Origin: Steroidobacteraceae bacterium
GTDB taxonomy: Bacteria > Pseudomonadota > Gammaproteobacteria > Steroidobacterales > Steroidobacteraceae
NCBI GenBank assembly: GCA_035718265.1
Contig: DASTHJ010000156.1
Span: 1 to 35,796 of the forward strand
Reading direction: 5' to 3'
DNA: 35,796 nucleotides
Shown: one piece after another, positions 29,522 to 35,796 of the stretch
How positions within the stretch are numbered: the stretch's first letter is position 1
Layout of the letters: each line of letters opens with the position of its first letter
Translations under genes and position numbers: made by a program
The notes under the pieces: generated by a model
Database searches by the model: none
What the model was told of the DNA's origin: nothing
The model's input: only the letters and a program-made list of their open reading frames with translations

Positions 29522-29596
29522 AGTCGCGTAGCTCAGTGGTAGAGCACCTCCTTGACATGGAGGTGGTCGGTGGTTCGATCCCACTCGCGACTACCA
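29522..29596 (+). tRNA. tRNA-Val (anticodon GAC), CCA encoded
   Basis: Cloverleaf folded by hand. Acceptor AGTCGCG/CGCGACT; D arm GCTC-AGTGGTA-GAGC. Anticodon arm CCTCC-TTGACAT-GGAGG, with GAC at 29554-29556. Variable loop TGGTC; T arm GGTGG-TTCGATC-CCACT; discriminator A; CCA at 29594-29596. Confidence 0.93.
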
Positions 29597-29640
29597 ATTC
29601 CCTGACAGACCGGTTTCCGCGCGGCGGCGATTCTCGCCGC

Positions 29641-29727
29641 ATGTTCAAGTTCCTCGGAAGCGCCGTCGGCATCATTTTCCTGATCGGCCTGGTCGTGGTC
29701 ATCCTGCTGCTGAAAGCCATTTTCTAG
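29641..29727 (+). CDS. Candidate 28-aa single-TM membrane peptide immediately upstream of tamA
   Basis: MFKFLGSAVGIIFLIGLVVVILLLKAIF. 23 of 27 sense codons after the ATG end in G/C, as in genuine genes here. TAG (29725-29727) lies 2 nt before the tamA GTG. No clear SD. The longer ORF-track version (29536) runs through the tRNA and is rejected. Confidence 0.4.
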   Translation: MFKFLGSAVGIIFLIGLVVVILLLKAIF

Positions 29728-29729
29728 AT

Positions 29730-31490
29730 GTGCGGTCCCGGACAAGTGCACTGACATGGAGTGTCGCGCTGTGGCTGGCCCTGGCGGCCGGCGTGCACGC
29801 GGCATCGGTGGACGTGCAGATCGAGGGACTCGACGAGGAGATGCGTGACGCCGCGCTCGGCACGCTGAAGCTCGCCGGCTATGAAAAGCGCGACATCTCG
29901 CCCGCGGAGCTGCGCGCGGCCTACCGCGACGCGGAAGAGGAAATCCGCAAGTCGCTCGAGCCCTTCGGTTTCTACGACGTGCAGGTCGAGAAGAACCTGA
30001 GCGGCGATGCGCAGAACGGCTGGAAGGCGCATTTCAAGGTGACGCCCGGCAAGCCGGCGGTGGTGCGCAACGCGCAGGTGGAGGTGCGCGGCGCGGGCCG
30101 GCAGCAGCGGCGCGTCGCGGAGGCCGTGGCCGGGTTCGTTCCGAAAGTCGGCGACCGGCTCGATCACGCCACCTACGAAGCCAGCAAGCAGGTCATCGAC
30201 AGCAGCCTGCGCGGCGCGGGGTATCTCGACGCGAAATACGCGCAGCGGCGCGTCACCGTGAAGCCGGACCAGGAATCCGCGGACATCGACCTGGTCTGGG
30301 ACAGCGGACCACGCTACCGCTTCGGCGACGTGCGCTTCTCGGGCAATGCGCCGTTCCCGGACAAGTTCCTGCAGGAGTTCGTGCCGTGGCGGCCGGGTGC
30401 GTACTTCAATTCCGAGCAGGTGCTGAACCTGCAGCAGCGTCTCGTCGACGCGGATTACTTCGAGGTCGTCTCCGTGCAGCCGGCGCTGCAGGAAAAGCAG
30501 GACGGCACCGTACCGATCGACGTGCTGCTGAACCGCGACGAGCGCACCGTGTACTCGGGCGAGGTCTACTACAGCACGGATTTCGGCGCCGGCGTGCGCG
30601 TCGGCGCCGCCCGTCGCTGGCTCAACAAGAAGGGCCACAAGGCCGACGCACAGGTCGAATACTCGCAGCGCCTCGAGGAATACGCGCTGCACTACCAGAT
30701 TCCGCGACCGAGCCGTAACGATCGATCGTACGACTACGGCGTGGCCTATCGCGACGAGACCACGGACACCAGCCGCTCGCGCAACTTCCAGCTCGCCGCC
30801 TCGCGCTCGGAGAAGCGCTGGCACGGCTTCACGCGCACGATCGGCCTCAAGTTCCTGCGCGGTGACTTCGAGATCGGCCAGGACGAGGACAACCTGGAGT
30901 TCGGTCATTCCAAGCTGCTGTTCGCCGAAGGCACGCTGAGTCGCCGCCGGCTCAACGATCGCCTCGCGCCGCGCCGCGGTTACGTCCTCGACTTCGGCGT
31001 GCGCCTGGCGAGCGATGCGATCATTTCCGACACGGACATCGCGCAGACCTGGGGCCGACTCACCTGGCTGGTGCCGCAGGGTGAAACCAGCCGGTTCAAG
31101 TTCCGCGCCGAGGCCGGCGCGATGGCCGTAGGCGACTTCGACGCGCTGCCGCCGGACCTGCGCTTCTATGCCGGCGGCGACCGCTCGATCCGCGGCTTCG
31201 ACTACCAGGCCATCGGCGAGACCAGCGCGCAGGGCAACATCATCGGCGGCAAGTACCTCGCGCTGGCGAGCGCGGAGTACGAGCACTACTTCACCGAGAA
31301 GTGGGGCGCGGCGGTGTTCACCGATGCCGGCGATGCGTTCAGCGAGGACTTCGACCTGAACGTCTCGGTGGGCGTCGGCGCGCGCTGGCGTTCGCCGCTC
31401 GGGCCGATCCGCGTGGATTTCGCGGTGCCGGTGAAGACCGAGCTGGAGAAATCCTGGCGCGTGCACGTGTTGTTGGGGCCGGATCTGTGA
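29730..31490 (+). CDS. tamA: Translocation and assembly module outer-membrane subunit TamA (Omp85/BamA family)
   Basis: 586 aa with a GTG start. Signal peptide ...LAAGVHA|AS, POTRA-like N-terminal repeats, and a C-terminal bacterial surface antigen (D15) barrel with YAGGDRSIRGFDYQAIG and ...GVGARWRSPLGPIRVDFAVP. Followed by tamB. Confidence 0.88.
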   Translation: MRSRTSALTWSVALWLALAAGVHAASVDVQIEGLDEEMRDAALGTLKLAGYEKRDISPAELRAAYRDAEEEIRKSLEPFGFYDVQVEKNLSGDAQNGWKAHFKVTPGKPAVVRNAQVEVRGAGRQQRRVAEAVAGFVPKVGDRLDHATYEASKQVIDSSLRGAGYLDAKYAQRRVTVKPDQESADIDLVWDSGPRYRFGDVRFSGNAPFPDKFLQEFVPWRPGAYFNSEQVLNLQQRLVDADYFEVVSVQPALQEKQDGTVPIDVLLNRDERTVYSGEVYYSTDFGAGVRVGAARRWLNKKGHKADAQVEYSQRLEEYALHYQIPRPSRNDRSYDYGVAYRDETTDTSRSRNFQLAASRSEKRWHGFTRTIGLKFLRGDFEIGQDEDNLEFGHSKLLFAEGTLSRRRLNDRLAPRRGYVLDFGVRLASDAIISDTDIAQTWGRLTWLVPQGETSRFKFRAEAGAMAVGDFDALPPDLRFYAGGDRSIRGFDYQAIGETSAQGNIIGGKYLALASAEYEHYFTEKWGAAVFTDAGDAFSEDFDLNVSVGVGARWRSPLGPIRVDFAVPVKTELEKSWRVHVLLGPDL

Positions 31491-31503
31491 GGCCAATCCA
31501 TGC

Positions 31504-31531
31504 GAGCAGATCCATGAGAGCAGATCCATGA
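31504..31531 (+). repeat. Perfect tandem duplication of a 14-nt unit (GAGCAGATCCATGA x2) spanning the tamB start codon
   Basis: Units at 31504-31517 and 31518-31531 are identical. A degenerate third copy (ATCCATGC) lies at 31496-31503. The ATG of the second unit (31528) is the tamB start. Confidence 0.9.
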
Positions 31532-34500
31532 GAAAAGGCGCGCGCATCGCCCTGTGGAGCGGCGGCACGCTGCTGTTCCTGCTGCTGCTGGCGTTCGCGG
31601 CCGTGGCGTGGGTGCTGTTCACGACCTCCGGTGCGCGCTGGGTGGCGCGCACCGCGACGCAGCGCTTCGCGCCGCAGGTGCAGTACGCGCAACTCGACGG
31701 CACCATCGCCGGCAAGCTCGAGGTGCGCGATTTCCGCTTCGCGCGTGATGAAACCACGGCCAAGATCCGCATCGCGCACATGACCGTGGATCCGACGCTG
31801 TCCATGCTGTTCTCGCGCGTGCTGCGCATCGACCGCGCCACGGTCCAGGGTCTCGTGGTCGAACTGCCGTTGAAGGAGAAGCCGCCGGAGGAGCCGGAAA
31901 AGCCGCTGTGGGTGGAGCCGCCGCTGGAAGTCGTGCTGCAGGACTTCGCGCTTTCCGACGGGCGGGTGCTCAAGGGCGGCGAGAGCCTGGTGAGCGTCAG
32001 GCAGCTCGGCATTTCGGCGCGCTGGAGCCGCGACGTGCTGGTCATCGACCGGCTCGAACTGCTGCCGGGCGACGTCGCGGGCCAGTTGTCGGTTCACGGC
32101 CGCGTGTCGCCCCACGGGCAGACGCTGCGTGGCGTGCTCGAGGCCCAGTGGAAAGACGTCGTCGTCCCCGAAGAACTCGCCGGCCGTGTGCTCGCCAGTC
32201 ATGGCGAGCTGCACTTCCGCGGCACGCCGCAGCGTTACTACCTGGCGAGCGAGCTGGCGGTGGGTCCGCCGGGCGATCTCACCGACGTGATGCTGCAACT
32301 CGACGGCACGGACCGGCACGCGACGTTGCGCAACCTGATCCTGAAGCAGCGCGCCGGCCGGCTGGCGCTGCAGGGCCTGGTCGACTTCGCGCCGGAGCTG
32401 GGCTGGAACCTGCACGCACGCGCGGATCAGTTCAACCCGGGCGTTCTGCTCGCGGGCTGGGACGGCCGGCTCGACATCGATCTCCTCACCACCGGCCTGA
32501 TGGCCGAAGCGGGGCCGCGTGGCACGCTCGACCTGCGAGCACTTTCGGGAAACCTGCGCGGACGACCGGTCCGCGGCCAGGGCAACATCGACTTCGCGGC
32601 GCCGGCGAAGCTGGCGGGCGATCTGGCGCTCAGTTCCGGACGCAGCCGCGTGTCGGTGAAGGGCACGAGCGGCGAGGGTCAGCGCATCCACGCGACCGTG
32701 GACCTGGGCGTGGAGTCGCTCAACGACTGGTTGCCGGACACCACGGGTAGTTTGACCGGCCGGTTCCTGGTGCGCGGCGTCTGGCCGAAGCTCACCATCG
32801 ATGGCTCCGCCGACGGCAGGGCGCTGGGATTCACGCCGAAGGATGCCGGCGAAGGCGAGGGCCCGCACGTGGCGCGCGTGCACGTGCAGGCAAACGTCGC
32901 ATCGCCGCTCGATCCGGAGGGCAAAGTCGAAATCGACGCGCAGGGAATCCGCGCCAGTGGCGTTTCCTTCGAGTCGGTGCGCCTGACGGGATCCGGCAAC
33001 CAGGCCAGGCACCGCGTGACGCTCGACGCCCGTGGCGATCCGCTCGATGTCGAGCTCACGGCCGCGGGCGGCATCACGAAGACGGGCTGGAGCGGCGAGC
33101 TGTCGCAGCTCGCGCTCGAGACGCCGGACTTTCCGCGCCTCACCCTGCGCGACCCGGCGCGCGTGGTCTACGACGCGGGCGCCTTCAGCATTTCGCAGAG
33201 CTGCCTGGTCGACACGGACAGCTCGCTGTGCCTCGCAGGCAAGGGCAACGTCAACACCGGCGCGCTCGACGCCAGCTACTCATTTGAAAAGGTGCCGCTG
33301 TCGCTGGCCAATGCGCTGGCGCCGGAGGCCTTGCCCGGCCAGCTGCGTGGCGAAGCGCGCGGCGCGGGCCAGATCCGTCGCGCGGAAGACGGTCAATGGT
33401 TCGGCGATGCGCGGATCGATTCGCCATCCGCGCACCTCGCGCTGGAAGAGCCGGACGACCCCCCGGCGGGTGAGCAGAACTTCCTGCTCTACGAGAATCT
33501 CGCCATCCAGGCCAGGCTCGAAGGCACGCGCGCCGAGGTCAGCCTGAACGCCGCGCTGGATCATGGTGGAAAGCTGGCGGGGAATGTCGCGCTCAGCGAG
33601 CTCACCGCCGAAGCACCGGGACTGCGCGGCGAAGTCACGGCCACGATGCCGACGCTGGCGCCATTCGCCGCGTTCGTGCCGACGGTTGCCAATCTCGATG
33701 GGGCCGTCGATGCCCGCCTGCAGCTCGGCGGCACGGTGGCCGCACCCGAGATCACGGGCAATGCCACGGCCTCGAAACTGCAGGCCGACCTGGGCGCGCT
33801 CGGCATCGAGCTGCGCGAGGGCGAGGCGCGCGCCGAGGCGCTGCGCGACGGCGGATTCAGGCTCGACGGCGGCGTGCGCTCCGGCAAGGGACAGGTGCAG
33901 TTCCAGGGTTCCATGAGCGCGCGTGGCGCGCTCGACGTGCGCATCGACGGCAAGAATTTCCAGGCCGCGGACATTCCCGCGGCGAACGTCGTGATCTCGC
34001 CGGATCTCGCGCTGACCGGCGATCCCAAGGGCTACCTGCTCAAGGGCGATGTCACCATCCCGAGCGCCACCGTGAACCTGCAGAAGATGCCCAAGGAGCA
34101 GCCGCCGGGGATCTCACCCGACGTCGTGGTGGTGCGCGACGGCCAGGTGGTCGAGAGCACGGCCGAGGCGTCGTCCTTGCCGCTGACCGCCGAGATCAAC
34201 GTCAAGCTCGGCGAAAAGATCTCGATCACCGGCTACGGGCTCGATGCCACGGTCGGCGGCCAGCTGCTGGTGCGCGAGGAGCCGGGCTCGCCGACCACCG
34301 GCTCGGGACAGTTGAGCGTCGCCGGCAAGTACAAGGCCTACGGCCAGGACCTCACGATCAAGGACGGGCGGTTGCTGTTCGCCGGCACGCCGCTCGACAA
34401 CCCGCGCCTGTCGATCACGGCCATGCGCGAGATCAACGACGATCTGTCCACCGGGCTGCGCATCGCGGGCTCGGCGCAGCGGCCCGTGGTCACCGTGATT

Positions 34501-34896
34501 TCCGATCCGAACGTCGGCGAGGCCGATGCGCTCTCGTACCTGGTGACCGGACGGTCGCTGAGCGAAGTCGGTACCGCGAGCAGCAGCTCGCAGGACAGGC
34601 TGGCCTCGGCCACGCAATCACTCGAGGGCGCGGCCGGCGGCCTCGTGGCCAAGCGCATCGGCAAGCGGCTCGGACTCGACGAAGCTGGCGTCGAGGAGAA
34701 CGAGATGATCGGTGGCTCGGCGCTGACCGTCGGTGAATATCTCTCGCCGCGGCTGTACCTGAGCTACGGCGTCGGCCTGTTCCAGCCGGGCGAGGTCATC
34801 GCGCTGCGCTACAAGGTGTCGAACGACGTGGGTGTCAGAATCCAGCGCGGTACCGAGGAGACGCGCGCCGGCATCGAGTACCGTATCGAGCGGTGA
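31528..34896 (+). CDS. tamB: Translocation and assembly module inner-membrane subunit TamB (DUF490/AsmA-like)
   Basis: 1122 aa. N-terminal anchor ALWSGGTLLFLLLLAFAAVAWVLF, a long beta-rich repetitive body, and a C-terminal DUF490-type end ...LTVGEYLSPRLYLSYGVGLFQPGEVIALRYKVSNDVGVRIQRGTEETRAGIEYRIER. Confidence 0.88.
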   Translation: MRKGARIALWSGGTLLFLLLLAFAAVAWVLFTTSGARWVARTATQRFAPQVQYAQLDGTIAGKLEVRDFRFARDETTAKIRIAHMTVDPTLSMLFSRVLRIDRATVQGLVVELPLKEKPPEEPEKPLWVEPPLEVVLQDFALSDGRVLKGGESLVSVRQLGISARWSRDVLVIDRLELLPGDVAGQLSVHGRVSPHGQTLRGVLEAQWKDVVVPEELAGRVLASHGELHFRGTPQRYYLASELAVGPPGDLTDVMLQLDGTDRHATLRNLILKQRAGRLALQGLVDFAPELGWNLHARADQFNPGVLLAGWDGRLDIDLLTTGLMAEAGPRGTLDLRALSGNLRGRPVRGQGNIDFAAPAKLAGDLALSSGRSRVSVKGTSGEGQRIHATVDLGVESLNDWLPDTTGSLTGRFLVRGVWPKLTIDGSADGRALGFTPKDAGEGEGPHVARVHVQANVASPLDPEGKVEIDAQGIRASGVSFESVRLTGSGNQARHRVTLDARGDPLDVELTAAGGITKTGWSGELSQLALETPDFPRLTLRDPARVVYDAGAFSISQSCLVDTDSSLCLAGKGNVNTGALDASYSFEKVPLSLANALAPEALPGQLRGEARGAGQIRRAEDGQWFGDARIDSPSAHLALEEPDDPPAGEQNFLLYENLAIQARLEGTRAEVSLNAALDHGGKLAGNVALSELTAEAPGLRGEVTATMPTLAPFAAFVPTVANLDGAVDARLQLGGTVAAPEITGNATASKLQADLGALGIELREGEARAEALRDGGFRLDGGVRSGKGQVQFQGSMSARGALDVRIDGKNFQAADIPAANVVISPDLALTGDPKGYLLKGDVTIPSATVNLQKMPKEQPPGISPDVVVVRDGQVVESTAEASSLPLTAEINVKLGEKISITGYGLDATVGGQLLVREEPGSPTTGSGQLSVAGKYKAYGQDLTIKDGRLLFAGTPLDNPRLSITAMREINDDLSTGLRIAGSAQRPVVTVISDPNVGEADALSYLVTGRSLSEVGTASSSSQDRLASATQSLEGAAGGLVAKRIGKRLGLDEAGVEENEMIGGSALTVGEYLSPRLYLSYGVGLFQPGEVIALRYKVSNDVGVRIQRGTEETRAGIEYRIER

Positions 34897-34898
34897 GG

Positions 34899-35796
34899 CT
34901 ACTTGTCGGCCATCTCGCGGATCATCGCCTTGGTCAACGCCTGCTGCGCCTTCCAGTAGCCGGCCCATGGATCCTTGCGCAGCTTCGCCACGCGATCCGG
35001 CACGTTGTGGATGTTGAAATGCGTGCCGCGGATGTCCGCGTCGAGCTCGTCCCAGGCGACGGGCGTCGACACGCCCACGCCCGGTCGCCAGCGCGGCGAG
35101 TAGGCGGCCACGGCGCTGGCACCGAAGCCGTTGCGCAGGTAGTCGACGAAGATCTTCTGCTTGCGGTTGCGCTCGCCGGTCTTGGACGTGAATTTCGTGG
35201 GCGCAATGCGTTCCATGAAACGCGTGATGCTGAAGGCGAAGTCCTTGGCCGTGTCCCAGTCGGGCAGCGGTCGCGTCAGCGGCACGACCACGTGCAGGCC
35301 CTTGCCGCCCGTGGTTTTCACCCAGCTTTCCAGGCCGAGATCCTGCAACAGCTTGCGGATGGCGAGCGCCGCCTCGCGCAGCGGGGCATAGGGCAGGTCG
35401 GCGCCGGGATCCAGATCCAGGGTGAGGCGGTCGGCGAGTGTGGGCTTCGGCATCACCGCGCCCCAGCTGTGCAGCTCGACCGCACCCACCTGCGCGAGGT
35501 GCAGCAGCCCCTCGGGCTTGTCGCAGATCACGTAGTCCGGATCCTTGTCCGCGTTCGGGATCTTCACGACGCGCAAGCCGCCGCCGCTGTGCTCGAGGAA
35601 GTGCTTCTGGAAGAAGGGCCGCGAGCCGTGCGTGTTGCGCAGGATGGCGAGCGGACGGTTCAGGTAGTGAGGCATGGCGGCATCCGCCACGGCGGCGAAG
35701 TACTCCGCGAGCTCGAGCTTGGTGATGCCGTCGTGCGGGAACAGCACGCGGTCCGGATGCGTGAGGCGTACCGGGCCCACCTGCGCGGCATCGTCG
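34899..35796 (-). CDS. ligD: DNA ligase D, C-terminal polymerase/primase (LigD-Pol) domain; 5' part of the gene lies outside the window
   Basis: The frame is open to the right window edge. Reads VRLTHPDRVLFP..GITKLELAEYF..V...MPHYL.NRPL...R...G..FFQKH, then ...VELH.W.., TTGGKGLHVVVPL and IFVDYLRN..GASAVAAYSPR. AEP-primase signatures of the NHEJ LigD polymerase. Confidence 0.85.
   Translation of the reverse strand, partial: DDAAQVGPVRLTHPDRVLFPHDGITKLELAEYFAAVADAAMPHYLNRPLAILRNTHGSRPFFQKHFLEHSGGGLRVVKIPNADKDPDYVICDKPEGLLHLAQVGAVELHSWGAVMPKPTLADRLTLDLDPGADLPYAPLREAALAIRKLLQDLGLESWVKTTGGKGLHVVVPLTRPLPDWDTAKDFAFSITRFMERIAPTKFTSKTGERNRKQKIFVDYLRNGFGASAVAAYSPRWRPGVGVSTPVAWDELDADIRGTHFNIHNVPDRVAKLRKDPWAGYWKAQQALTKAMIREMADK

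Noticed and set aside
26217-29584. Two long minus-strand ORFs (26217-28214, 665 aa; 27404-29584, 726 aa)
   Set aside because: They are antisense to the four-gene envelope operon, and the second runs through the tRNA-Val gene. The composition is Arg/Ala/Gly-rich and featureless. The plus-strand genes have signal peptides, lipoboxes and tight operon spacing.
29624-29640. Hairpin GCGGCGA-TTC-TCGCCGC as the rho-independent terminator of tRNA-Val
   Set aside because: The 7-bp stem is real, but it is followed by ATGTTCAAG rather than a U-tract. It is kept only as a possible structure at the start of the candidate small ORF.
29522-29730. Genomic island or integrative element inserted at tRNA-Val
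   Set aside because: No integrase, excisionase or transposase lies on either side. I did not find a repeated copy of the tRNA 3' end. The downstream genes (tamA/tamB) are core housekeeping genes.
29724-32045. 773-aa minus-strand ORF
   Set aside because: It is antisense to tamA and the start of tamB, both of which carry clear family signatures. High-GC artefact.

Overview
GC-rich proteobacterial chromosomal segment, probably Gammaproteobacteria-like because uvrB, epmB and tamA/tamB are present. It is densely coding. There is no transposase, integrase, CRISPR array or rRNA. About 35 CDS can be supported, plus one tRNA-Val(GAC). Many long ORFs antisense to these genes look like high-GC artefacts. 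Left to right: (1) a stress/dormancy-type cluster at 1-7349 (GT4 glycosyltransferase, GDE-type amylo-1,6-glucosidase, DUF4142, isochorismatase-like hydrolase, DUF6496-like basic protein, hemerythrin, PEBP/YbhB, PoxB-like TPP enzyme with an unusual tail); (2) a CPA1 Na+/H+ antiporter followed by a soluble PAS hybrid histidine kinase, then an aldo/keto reductase; (3) a five-gene mer-like but reductase-less thiophilic-metal module at 11535-13744 (two periplasmic HMA paralogs, a CPCCP Cys-rich protein, a small outer-membrane barrel, a MerT/MerF-like CC-motif membrane protein); (4) a DUF2165-like protein, an AI-2E transporter, an aminotransferase, a secreted hypothetical, uvrB and epmB; (5) the most interesting locus at 20706-29419: an ECF sigma, a single-pass anti-sigma and an exported 1100-aa TPR-CHAT caspase-like protease, chained by ATGA overlaps, plus a signal-peptide RraA-like protein. 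This operon faces a tight four-gene operon of envelope proteins (DUF4282, two lipoproteins, a secreted protein with an internal two-domain duplication); (6) tRNA-Val, a candidate 28-aa membrane peptide, tamA, tamB preceded by a 14-nt tandem repeat that creates chained mini-ORFs, and the polymerase domain of ligD running off the right edge. All family assignments come from reading the translations and their motifs. No database search was possible.
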